The notes below the pieces were generated by a model. The model was not told the origin of the DNA. It saw only the letters and a program-made list of their open reading frames with translations, and made no database searches. Positions 17,327 through 26,176 of a DNA stretch of 64,000 bases are shown here, piece after piece. Numbering within the stretch: position 1 is the stretch's first letter; each line of letters starts with the position of its first letter. The stretch comes from an uncultured virus (IMG/VR IMGVR_UViG_3300048926_000232) (Duplodnaviria > Heunggongvirae > Uroviricota > Caudoviricetes), in the IMG/VR virus record IMGVR_UViG_3300048926_000232; one strand, written 5' to 3'. A program made the position numbers and the translations under genes.

Positions 17327-19372
17327 ATGGATATCGTCCGCAAATTCGGTTTTCTGATTAAGGCCGGAAACGCGTCTGACGATCTGCCGACCTTCGTTCT
17401 GTCTGACGAAACAGTCGATAGCGTGGGGGATATTATCGAGGCCAAGGGGTGGGATTTATCCCGCTTCAAAGGCGCCACCGCAAACCCCATTGCGCTTTTC
17501 AATCACAATCACAACGAACCGATAGGCGTTTGGCAAAACGTCAAAGTCGAAGGCACGCGCCTGGTAGGCGCGCTGAAACTCGCCGCCGAAGGCACGAGCG
17601 ACACGATAGACAAGGTTCGCAAGCTGATTGCTCAAGGCATGCTTGTAGCCGTTTCGGTTGGCTTCCGGCCGACCAAATGGGAACCCATCGAAAATTCTCG
17701 AGACGGCGGTTACCGCTACCAGAAGCAACAGCTTCTCGAATGCTCCGTTGTGAGCGTTCCGGCCAATCCTTCCGCCGTTCTTATCCGTTCCGAGAACCCC
17801 GGCCTAACAGCCGGCGAAGCTGAACAACTGCTGGCCGAGGCAGTGCGCGCAAAGCTGATCCCCGCGACAGGGGCAAGACAGCCGGCCGCCGCGAACATCG
17901 GCAAAACCGCCGCGTCAGGCCGACCCCCCGCGATCAAGCGGAACAATCCCATGAAAACCCTTGCTGAACAGATTCAGGCGCTACAAGACGAAATTGTAGC
18001 GCTGCAGGATCGTAACGCCCCGCTCCACGAGAAGCAGTCGAACGGGGAGGAACTGACAGACGAAGAAGGCACCGCGTTTGATGAAGCTTGCGAGCTTATC
18101 GACGCATGCGAAAGGAAACTTGCACGCCTCCGCGCCACGGAAAAAGCCAAAGGCCTAGCCGCTTCGCAGCGCACGCCCGACCGCCAGCACGTTGTTGCGC
18201 CCGGCGTGGTTACCGACCCGACCGTCATGCGGCGCGGGGCCGGAGAACGCCCGCGTGACCTTCTGGTAAGAATGGCCGTCATCAATCTGCGAGCCCATGC
18301 CAACCGTCAACCGCTCGATCTCGTGCGGCAACTGACGTACCCGGAAAGGGCGGACATGGACGCGGTAATCAAGGCCGTGACGAACCCGGCGCAAACGACC
18401 GTTGCCGGTTGGGCCGCCGAACTGGTCGAAACGGCAATCGCCGACTTCCTCGAATCCCTTCGGCCGGTTTCCACCTATGGCGCCCTTCGTGCCATGGGCG
18501 CGCAATTCACGTTCGGCCGTAATGGCTCAATCAAAATCCCGTCGCGCGCTCATGCGCGCCGCGCCCCCGGCGATCTTGCCGGGGCATTCGTTGGCGAAGG
18601 CCAGCCGATTCCAGTCCGTCGCGGCTCTACCGGTTCGATTTCGCTTATCCCGCACAAAATGGGCGTCATTTCCACTTACACCCGCGAAATGGCGATGCAC
18701 TCGACGCCCGCCATTGAAAGCCTGATCCGGGAAGGCATTCTCGAAGATACCGCCGTAGCCATTGACGCGGCGCTTCTCGACAATAACCCGGCCACGGCAA
18801 TTCGCCCGGCCGGCCTCCTGAACGGCGTGGTTCCGATTGCCGGCGCGGCCGGCGGCGGGGTTGACGCCATGACGGACGATATAGCGGCAGCAATGGGGCC
18901 GTTCATCGCCGCCAATGCAGCAAGCGGCCTCGCATGGCTCTTGAACCCGTCCAACGTGTTCAAGCTGCAATGGGCCTCTACCGCCGTGGGCGTCTATCCT
19001 TTCCGGGATGCGGTCAACTCCGGTAGCCTGGCAGGCTTCCCGATCATCTCAAGCACGGCGGTTCCGGCCGATGTGCTCTTGCTTGTGCGTGCCGCCGACT
19101 TCGCAACGGCTTCGGGAGACACCCCGGAATTTGACGTTTCGGATCAGGCGACCATCCATGAGGAAGACGGAAGTTACCCGGCAACGGAGGCAATCCCGAT
19201 TCCGGGCACCGTCCTTCCGATTGCTACCGGCGCCGCTGGCGCTGCAGTGGTCGCAACCCCGGTTCGTTCGCTTTGGCAGACCGCAACAATCGGCGTCCGC
19301 ATGTTGCTGGATATCGATTGGGCCATGCGCCGGCCGGGGATGGTTGTCGAGGTCAACGCAATTACGTGGTGA
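17327..19372 (+). CDS. HK97-type prohead protease fused to major capsid protein
   Basis: Protease motifs LFNHNH..PIG, VSVGF, LLECSVVSVPANP; coiled-coil delta region; capsid motifs FVGEGQPIP, D.ALLD, RPAGLLNG, SLWQ. Confidence 0.93.
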   Translation: MDIVRKFGFLIKAGNASDDLPTFVLSDETVDSVGDIIEAKGWDLSRFKGATANPIALFNHNHNEPIGVWQNVKVEGTRLVGALKLAAEGTSDTIDKVRKLIAQGMLVAVSVGFRPTKWEPIENSRDGGYRYQKQQLLECSVVSVPANPSAVLIRSENPGLTAGEAEQLLAEAVRAKLIPATGARQPAAANIGKTAASGRPPAIKRNNPMKTLAEQIQALQDEIVALQDRNAPLHEKQSNGEELTDEEGTAFDEACELIDACERKLARLRATEKAKGLAASQRTPDRQHVVAPGVVTDPTVMRRGAGERPRDLLVRMAVINLRAHANRQPLDLVRQLTYPERADMDAVIKAVTNPAQTTVAGWAAELVETAIADFLESLRPVSTYGALRAMGAQFTFGRNGSIKIPSRAHARRAPGDLAGAFVGEGQPIPVRRGSTGSISLIPHKMGVISTYTREMAMHSTPAIESLIREGILEDTAVAIDAALLDNNPATAIRPAGLLNGVVPIAGAAGGGVDAMTDDIAAAMGPFIAANAASGLAWLLNPSNVFKLQWASTAVGVYPFRDAVNSGSLAGFPIISSTAVPADVLLLVRAADFATASGDTPEFDVSDQATIHEEDGSYPATEAIPIPGTVLPIATGAAGAAVVATPVRSLWQTATIGVRMLLDIDWAMRRPGMVVEVNAITW

Positions 19373-19487
19373 GCCACGGCGTTTCGCTTGATTTCGCAAG
19401 GATGGGCGGCGCCTTAACCGGGGCCGCCCATTGCCCGTAAGGCAACCGGGAACCGCAACCGGCTGCGCTCGCCGAAGGAAAGAAGTC

Positions 19488-19886
19488 ATGAAAAAGCTTG
19501 CGCACATCATCAAGGGCGTTCGCGCCGGCCGCATGGTCGAAATGCCCGCCGAGGATTTGGAAACCGCGATTTCCGAAGGTTGGGCCGAACCGGTAGCCAA
19601 CAACCGCCGGGCTACCGTGCCGACGCGCGGCCCGCACAAAAAGGCGGACGCCTATTTCGAAAAGGCGGCAGACGACGCCGACAAGCGCCGGGGCGTTGGC
19701 AGGTATTCAAACCGCATGCTTGAAACCGGCGGCCCCTCCGAACGCCCGAAACGCAAGCCCGAACCGGCCGCCCCGATTATCGACGTGGGGCCGGCGCCCG
19801 CCGAACCGAACGCGCCCGAGGCGGCGCCGGAAGAGGGCGCAAAGCGCGGGCCTGGACGGCCGAAGAAATCCGAACAGACGGGTTGA
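19488..19886 (+). CDS. Hypothetical head-associated protein
   Basis: AAGGAAAG RBS; lies between capsid and portal; AT-hook-like KRGPGRPKK. Confidence 0.7.
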   Translation: MKKLAHIIKGVRAGRMVEMPAEDLETAISEGWAEPVANNRRATVPTRGPHKKADAYFEKAADDADKRRGVGRYSNRMLETGGPSERPKRKPEPAAPIIDVGPAPAEPNAPEAAPEEGAKRGPGRPKKSEQTG

Positions 19887-19889
19887 ACC

Positions 19890-21290
19890 ATGGCCGAAGG
19901 TGAAGCCCGCACTTGGCTGCAGCGCATGGCCGGCTTTATGGGCCTTGGCAATTGGTCAAGCCGCCCCGGCCCGCCCACGGCCGGCCCCGCCGGCTATACG
20001 GATGCGGGTTGGATACCGTTCGCGTGGGGCATGAACTACGGCCAACTCGGTTATGATCCGATCCCCGGCGGTTGGAACGCGGTCGCCTATTCCTGCATCA
20101 TGCTTTATGCCCGTACCATTTCGCAGTTGCCCGGCCGGCATATGAAGAAGCTGGACAATAACGGAACCGAACAAATCACCACGTCCGCACTTTCCCGCGT
20201 GCTGCAGCGGCCGAACGATTACCAAACCCGTCTCGATTTCTTGCGCAATATGGTGATTTGGCTTCTGGCCGAGGGCAATTCCTACGCTATCGCGCTGCGC
20301 AACGACCGGAACGAAATCACAGAACTGCATCAGGTTTCCAGCCGCGCAACCCGAGCGCTTTATGGCGAAGACGGGGAAGTTTTCTATTCGGTTGGCGGCA
20401 ACCCTATTCTGAATTACCGGCTGGACCCGGAATTCGGCCGGGGCGCCCGCTGGATAGTTCCGCAACGCGACATGCTGCATTTTTGCGGCCCGTCAAAACC
20501 GGAAGACCCGCTTACCGGGGAGTCGCCGCTCATTGCAGCAAGCGGCCCGGTTGACGTTTCGACCGGCGGCTTTGCGGCATTCCTCCGCAACATGTCGCGG
20601 CCTTCCGGCGTGCTTTCCACCGACCTGATTTTGACCAAGGAACAAGTGCGGGAACTTCGCGAGCGTTGGGAAGAGCAGGCCAAGGGCGTCAACCAAGGCG
20701 GCGTTCCAATCCTTACCGCCGGCCTCAAGTGGGGCGCTCAAGGTTTCAAGCCCGAAGAACTGCAGATTGTTGAATCGCTCAAGCTTTCCAAGAAAGACAT
20801 TGCAATGATTTTCGGCGTCCCGTTGGCGCTGATTAACGACATGGACGGGGCGACGTACAACAATTCCGAAAACCTCATCATGATGTGGTTGCGGCAGGGC
20901 TTGGGCTATTATCTCGATCAATGCGAATTGGCCTTTGACAAGCTTTTTCGGATCGAAGTCGGAGTCGAATATACCGAATTCGACGTGGAAGCCCTTCTGA
21001 GGCCCGACAGCAAATCGCGTATTGAAACGCTTGTGCGCGGCGTGCTTGGCGGCATTTACGCGCCGAACGAAGCCCGCGCCCTTGAGGGCTTGGCGAAAGC
21101 GAAGGACGGCGAGGAACCCCGCGTTCAGCAACAAGTGGTTCCGCTTTCGTGGTGGGAGTCGGATATGGCGCCGCAACCCGGCGGCGGCGCGCCACCCGCG
21201 CCGGCCGAAGAGCCCGCTACCCCCGACGCCGACAAGGGCGCCGAAATCTTCGATTTCGAAGAGTATAAGCAGGCGAGGGCGCGCGCATGA
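19890..21290 (+). CDS. Portal protein (HK97 family)
   Basis: [43 protein letters not shown]. Confidence 0.95.
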   Translation: MAEGEARTWLQRMAGFMGLGNWSSRPGPPTAGPAGYTDAGWIPFAWGMNYGQLGYDPIPGGWNAVAYSCIMLYARTISQLPGRHMKKLDNNGTEQITTSALSRVLQRPNDYQTRLDFLRNMVIWLLAEGNSYAIALRNDRNEITELHQVSSRATRALYGEDGEVFYSVGGNPILNYRLDPEFGRGARWIVPQRDMLHFCGPSKPEDPLTGESPLIAASGPVDVSTGGFAAFLRNMSRPSGVLSTDLILTKEQVRELRERWEEQAKGVNQGGVPILTAGLKWGAQGFKPEELQIVESLKLSKKDIAMIFGVPLALINDMDGATYNNSENLIMMWLRQGLGYYLDQCELAFDKLFRIEVGVEYTEFDVEALLRPDSKSRIETLVRGVLGGIYAPNEARALEGLAKAKDGEEPRVQQQVVPLSWWESDMAPQPGGGAPPAPAEEPATPDADKGAEIFDFEEYKQARARA

Positions 21291-22606
21291 ACGAGCTGGT
21301 CGCCCCGAAGGGCTTCACGGAAGCCATGGCCCGGATCATGAAACATGAGCGGGAATCGATTGACGCGGCGCTTTCCGCATCGGAAGAGCGCAGCCTTTCC
21401 AAAATCGTCCAGCTTTCCGAGGAACTGCTTTCCGCCATGCGCGGCGTTTCGGAAGGCGTCGAAGCAATGCAGGCGCAAATGCGCGCCGATATCGCCGAAC
21501 AGGTAGCGGGCGCGGCCAAGGCTACCGAAACCGAATTGGGCTTGTCGATCCGCGAACTATGCGTTCGCTACGCTGAAAGGCTTGTCGATTACGAACGCAT
21601 ATTCGAGGGGCTCGAACAGCGCCAATTTGAACTGCTAGCCGAATATGAGCGGCGGATTCCCATGGAATGGGAGGGAACCGAAAAGGGCGAACCCGGCGAA
21701 CCCGGCCCGCCCGGCGCCGATGGCAAAGACGGCAAAGACGGGAAAGACGGGGCGGACGGCGCCCCCGGCGAACGCGGCGAACAGGGAATTCCAGGCGATC
21801 CAGGCGAACCCGGCGAACCGGGCGCAAAGGGCGAGCCCGGCGAACGTGGGGAACGCGGCGAGCCCGGCCCGGCCGGCGAACGCGGGGAAAAAGGCGAACC
21901 CGGCGAACGCGGCGAACAAGGGCTTACCGGGGAAAAGGGGGAACCGGGCGCGCCGGGTGAAAAGGGGGAACCCGGCGCCAAAGGCGAACGGGGCGAACCC
22001 GGCGCGAATGGCCTTGACGGAACATGCGTGGAAATGCGCGGCATTTGGTATGCCGGTTCCGAACACAAGCGGGGCGACCTTTGCGTGCTGAACGGTTCGC
22101 TTTGGGCGTGCTTGGCAAAGACAACCGAAGAGCCCGGCAAATCGAAGGATTGGGCGCTATGTGCGCAGCGCGGCGCCAAGGGCGACCGGGGCGACAAGGG
22201 CGAACGCGGCGACAAGGGCGAACCGGGTGAGCGCGGCAAGCAGGGCATTGCAGGAAGCCCCGGCGCGCCGGCCCCGCGCATTCTGGAAATATCCCTTGTT
22301 GGCAGCAAGCTTTTCGCGATTTACGAGGACGGGGAAACGGGCGAAACCGACCTTTCCGATTTCTTCCGCGAACTAGAGGCCCGCCTCGTTGCCGAAGTCA
22401 CGGCAAAATCTGCCGAAGACGATAACGACGCTACGGCCTTGCCTATGAAGCGGTTCCGGGGCGGCTACGAAACCTATTACCAGTATCGACGCGGCGACGT
22501 GGTGAATTCGGACGGCTCGCTATATCTGGCGACCGAGGATTTGAAAGGCGTGTTCCCGGCCACGTCCGACTCGTGGGTTATGCTCATGAAGGGGGCGCGC
22601 CGATGA
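21287..22606 (+). CDS. Collagen-like repeat virion protein
   Basis: N-terminal coiled coil; two Gly-X-Y blocks; two RG.W/Y....RGD...GSL domains. Confidence 0.88.
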   Translation: MNELVAPKGFTEAMARIMKHERESIDAALSASEERSLSKIVQLSEELLSAMRGVSEGVEAMQAQMRADIAEQVAGAAKATETELGLSIRELCVRYAERLVDYERIFEGLEQRQFELLAEYERRIPMEWEGTEKGEPGEPGPPGADGKDGKDGKDGADGAPGERGEQGIPGDPGEPGEPGAKGEPGERGERGEPGPAGERGEKGEPGERGEQGLTGEKGEPGAPGEKGEPGAKGERGEPGANGLDGTCVEMRGIWYAGSEHKRGDLCVLNGSLWACLAKTTEEPGKSKDWALCAQRGAKGDRGDKGERGDKGEPGERGKQGIAGSPGAPAPRILEISLVGSKLFAIYEDGETGETDLSDFFRELEARLVAEVTAKSAEDDNDATALPMKRFRGGYETYYQYRRGDVVNSDGSLYLATEDLKGVFPATSDSWVMLMKGARR

Positions 22607-23154
22607 ACACCGGAAACGTCAAGGTAACCGGCCTTGATACCGCAACCCTTCCGGCCGATTTACTGACAACGGCAAAAACGCATTTGCGTGTCGAGTTCAA
22701 TCGTGACGACGCGTACATAACCCAAGCCCTGCAGCGGGCTATCAATCTCTATGAGCAATTCACCGGGCGTTCGGCCTTTGTGCGGAACGTGCAATGGCAA
22801 CCCGTACCGTTCCCGCCGCTGCAGCCGGCGCCATTCCAGCCGGTTACCGATTTCGTCGCTACCGACCCGGCCGGCGGCGACGTGACAAATCAGTATCAGG
22901 TTTTGGATAGGGGCGGGGCCGTCTACATCGCGACAATCGACGGCGTGACCACTTTCGGCGACGGCGTGACGTTCGGCTACAAGACCGGCTTTGCGACCGC
23001 CGCCGAAATGCCGTTGGGCGCGCTTGATATCGTGCTGCGCATTACCGCCGGCCTTTATGAAACCCGCGAACACCAGACGTTCGTGACAATGGAAATGGTT
23101 TCGTTCTGGCTTCAGGATTTGATTGTAGGCGCCGGCTGGATACCGAGGGCGTGA
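22603..23154 (+). CDS. Head-tail connector (gp6-like adaptor)
   Basis: [16 protein letters not shown]...EQFTGR...LYETRE. Confidence 0.85.
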   Translation: MNTGNVKVTGLDTATLPADLLTTAKTHLRVEFNRDDAYITQALQRAINLYEQFTGRSAFVRNVQWQPVPFPPLQPAPFQPVTDFVATDPAGGDVTNQYQVLDRGGAVYIATIDGVTTFGDGVTFGYKTGFATAAEMPLGALDIVLRITAGLYETREHQTFVTMEMVSFWLQDLIVGAGWIPRA

Positions 23155-23155
23155 C

Positions 23156-23503
23156 ATGGTTAGAGCGGGAACCTTTCGCGACCGAATCCGAATTGAACAG
23201 TATGTGGCGGCCACGGACGCGGTTGGCGGCGCCGTCAAGGAATGGGCGGAAGTGGCGACCGTCAATTGCCAAATAGCCGAGATTTCCAGCCGCGTTTATG
23301 AGCGCACCGGGGGCGGTTCTGAAACCGGGGAAGGTTCGACGCGTATCAAGCTTAGGGAAGTTCCCGGCTTTTCCATCGACCCGAACATGCGTTGCATCGA
23401 TATCGACCGGGGGGACGAATACGATATCGTTTCGGTTTCGCCGTCGCGGACACGCGGCGAATATACGCTTCTTGCCAAGCATGGGGGGCCGCGCCGCTCA
23501 TGA
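23156..23503 (+). CDS. Head closure protein (SPP1 gp16-like)
   Basis: RAGTFRDRIRIEQ...D..GG..KEW; position in the module. Confidence 0.85.
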   Translation: MVRAGTFRDRIRIEQYVAATDAVGGAVKEWAEVATVNCQIAEISSRVYERTGGGSETGEGSTRIKLREVPGFSIDPNMRCIDIDRGDEYDIVSVSPSRTRGEYTLLAKHGGPRRS

Positions 23504-23877
23504 CCGTTGAAAAGCTGATTATCGACCTTGTGAAAGCGGCAACCGGGGCGCCTACCTATTTCGGCATGGCGCCGCAACCCGAAGACAACGCCCCTTCGCC
23601 CATGCCGCTGATTATCGTCAACCGGATCGGCACCACATGGCAGAACACCTTTTGCGGAACCGATGGCGCCTTGGCGCTCGCCTCCGTTCAGGTGGATTAC
23701 TACGCCGAAACCGCCGAGGGCGCGCGCCGGCTTGGCGATAGCGGGCGCAATGCGATCATTGGCCTGGTAGACGCGCCGACGCTCGATTCCGAGATTTCCT
23801 ATTACGACACGGTTTCGCGCGGGTGGCGTATCCTGCAGCAATGGAACATCGCCGAGTATCAACCCACGTTGACTTAG
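23500..23877 (+). CDS. Tail terminator/completion protein (DUF3168-like)
   Basis: APQ...P.I...VQVDYYA.T...A; position in the module. Confidence 0.75.
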   Translation: MTVEKLIIDLVKAATGAPTYFGMAPQPEDNAPSPMPLIIVNRIGTTWQNTFCGTDGALALASVQVDYYAETAEGARRLGDSGRNAIIGLVDAPTLDSEISYYDTVSRGWRILQQWNIAEYQPTLT

Positions 23878-23880
23878 CCA

Positions 23881-24261
23881 ATGGACGATCTGGAAGAGCT
23901 TCTTACCGCCGTCAAATATTCGTTCCGGCTTTGCCCCGACCGGCGCCGGGCGGCGGCAATCCTTGAGGCCGCCCTAATCCAGCTCACCGCCGCCGCCGTG
24001 CCCCGCCTGATCGAACACCGCGCCGGGGTGGATGGAATGGGCGCGCCGCTCTCCGTGCGCGCCCATGAGCCCGAATGGCTGGAACTACGCCAAGCCGTCA
24101 AAGAGGTGATAAGCGAAATCGGAATAGAGGCCGCCGCCCGCCGGTACGGTTCCGGCCAATCTACCTTGCTGGACATCATAAGCCGCCGGCAGAAACCCGG
24201 ATTGGCCCGCCGCGCCCGGTTGTTGGCGGTTGTCGGCGGAACCGACCTCAAGCGGCACTAA
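23881..24261 (+). CDS. Hypothetical protein with HTH-like C-terminus
   Basis: GIEAAARRYGSGQSTLLDIISRRQKPG; inserted in the tail module. Confidence 0.55.
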   Translation: MDDLEELLTAVKYSFRLCPDRRRAAAILEAALIQLTAAAVPRLIEHRAGVDGMGAPLSVRAHEPEWLELRQAVKEVISEIGIEAAARRYGSGQSTLLDIISRRQKPGLARRARLLAVVGGTDLKRH

Positions 24262-24346
24262 ACACCGGCCGCCGGTAAAACCCGACACTGAGAAACGACG
24301 CCGCCCCCGCGCAAGGATTCCCGTAATCCAAACGGGAGCAACGGCA

Positions 24347-24994
24347 ATGAAATTCTCCACCGCTGGCATTGATTGCTTTCTGCAAAAGATCGAACCCGAC
24401 GCGGTTCCCATTACCGCCGCCATTACCGCCGCCACCAATGCAAAGCCGGCGGTTATCACGGTTGACGACGCAACCGAAATCCTCCCCGAAATGCTTGTTA
24501 CCGTGACGGGCACAAACACCGCGCTCGATGGCCGCTCCTATATCGCCGAGGACGTGACGGCCAACGCGGTAACGCTTCGCGGTTCCGATCTTTCGCAGAA
24601 CACTTCGACAGTCACGGCGGGCACGCTTACCGGCATTGAAGACGCCGATATGCTCCGTTTCTGCCTTTCCAGCTATGAGCGCGCCGTTGACGCCGCCGAC
24701 GCAATCGACGTTTCCACCTTTTGCGGTTCCGAGTCGCTCGCCGGCACGCCGCTACCGGGCAATGTCTCAATTGAGGGCTTCATTGACTATTCGGTAGAGG
24801 CTTACAACGAATGGCTAAAGGGCGTTGTGGACGGCCAGCAGCGGCTTTTCCATATCGTTCTGCCCAAGGATATCGGCGATATCCTGCTCGTGATTACCCC
24901 CTCCGGGATCACTGAAACGTTCGCGGTCAATGAGGCCGCCGCGTTCTCTGGCGAAGCCGTCATCAATCAACAGCCTGTTTACATGGTGTCCTGA
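24347..24994 (+). CDS. Major tail (tube) protein
   Basis: Upstream of the chaperone; ITAATNAKPAVIT insert domain; AIDVSTFC...PG.VSI.GF. Confidence 0.8.
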   Translation: MKFSTAGIDCFLQKIEPDAVPITAAITAATNAKPAVITVDDATEILPEMLVTVTGTNTALDGRSYIAEDVTANAVTLRGSDLSQNTSTVTAGTLTGIEDADMLRFCLSSYERAVDAADAIDVSTFCGSESLAGTPLPGNVSIEGFIDYSVEAYNEWLKGVVDGQQRLFHIVLPKDIGDILLVITPSGITETFAVNEAAAFSGEAVINQQPVYMVS

Positions 24995-25476
24995 TGAACG
25001 CCCCGAAGCACGCGGAGGACAAGTTTGGCGCGCTCATGACGATGCGCGTTGAACCCGTCGAAATCGAGGGCCTGCCGCCTCTGGAAATCCGCGAACATCC
25101 CATTCGGGATATCAAGCCGTTGCTGGATCAGGCCGGCAAGATGGACAACCAAGAATTCACAAACCGGTTGCTCGGGCTTTCGCTCTACCTGGACGGCGAG
25201 CAACTGACCTATGACCGCGTGCTTTCAATGTCCGTTGGAATGATCCGCAAGCTTGCCGACGCCCTGCCGGCAATCATGCGCGTCTATGGCCTTCATGCCG
25301 AGGCCGAAGCCTTGGCGAACGAACCCGCGTCCGCTGACACGCCGGGCGCGGAAGGGGCCGAGCCCGCCGTTGTCCCGGCTCCGATAGCCAAGGCGGGCTC
25401 GGTTCAAAAACCGCCCGCCGAACCCGACCCCGAAGCCGAAGACGAAGACGCGGAAACAGCGAAAAAAAAAGGCTAG
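24994..25476 (+). CDS. Tail assembly chaperone (gpG-like)
   Basis: Follows the tube gene; ends at an A9 slippery run just before TAG. Confidence 0.8.
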   Translation: MNAPKHAEDKFGALMTMRVEPVEIEGLPPLEIREHPIRDIKPLLDQAGKMDNQEFTNRLLGLSLYLDGEQLTYDRVLSMSVGMIRKLADALPAIMRVYGLHAEAEALANEPASADTPGAEGAEPAVVPAPIAKAGSVQKPPAEPDPEAEDEDAETAKKKG

Positions 25477-25724
25477 CCCCGACCACGCGGGCGCTTTTCG
25501 AACTGGCTTTGTCCCTCGGAAAAACGGTCGGCGAACTTGAGGGGGTTCTCACATACCGCGAATTGCAGACGTGGAACGAATTTTACCTCGACCGGCAAGA
25601 CGAAGCGCCACGCCAGACAGGCCCGAGGAAAATGTATCGCCGCGAAGACGGCCCGCCCCCGAAGCCTTTGGAGCAGATGAACAAAGAGGAAATAGCCCGA
25701 ATGTTCGGCGCGAAGGTGGTCTAA
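25470..25724 (+). CDS. -1 frameshift extension of the tail chaperone (gpGT-like)
   Basis: -1 frame reads RLAPTTRALFELALSLGKTVGELEGVLTYRELQTW. Confidence 0.8.
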   Translation, partial: RLAPTTRALFELALSLGKTVGELEGVLTYRELQTWNEFYLDRQDEAPRQTGPRKMYRREDGPPPKPLEQMNKEEIARMFGAKVV

Positions 25725-26168
25725 ATGCTGAAAATCGACGTGAACAGCAAAGCCTTAAGGCAAGCACTGCAGGACGGCGGCCAGCACTTTGTCGAAAAGG
25801 AAATGCGGGGCGTCGTTTCCGAAGTTGTGAATACGGTTCGCGACGGCGCCCGCAAGAACGCGCAAGCCGCCGGGCTTTCGCAGAGCGGGCCGACGAAAGA
25901 CGCGCGCGGGCGCGTTTATAACCGGCGCGGCAAAATCCCCGGCGCAATCTATTCCTACGTCGCCAAGCAAGAGGGCGAAACCACGCGCGGCTTCGTCAAA
26001 GTTCAGCGCTCCCGCGAGACTTTCCATTGGGTCTTTCTGGAATTCGGGACCGTCCACATGGCGCCCCGGCCGTTCTTTTTCCGCGCGCTTCCAGAGAACG
26101 AAGGCGCCGCCATGGCCGCCGCGCAAAAGCGGTTTGACGACGCGATTCCGCGAATCCTGAACAGGTAG
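25725..26168 (+). CDS. HK97 gp10-like neck/tail protein
   Basis: FHWVFLEFGTVHMAPRPFFFRA. Confidence 0.85.
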   Translation: MLKIDVNSKALRQALQDGGQHFVEKEMRGVVSEVVNTVRDGARKNAQAAGLSQSGPTKDARGRVYNRRGKIPGAIYSYVAKQEGETTRGFVKVQRSRETFHWVFLEFGTVHMAPRPFFFRALPENEGAAMAAAQKRFDDAIPRILNR

Positions 26169-26176
26169 GGGCGGCG

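Noticed and set aside
21680..22020. Short tandem DNA repeats resembling a CRISPR or VNTR array
   Set aside because: 9-bp-period coding repeats with no unique spacers; no cas genes in the window
21589..22308. - strand Pro/Ser/Gly repeat ORF and other overlapping ORFs
   Set aside because: Shadows of the collagen Gly-X-Y codons
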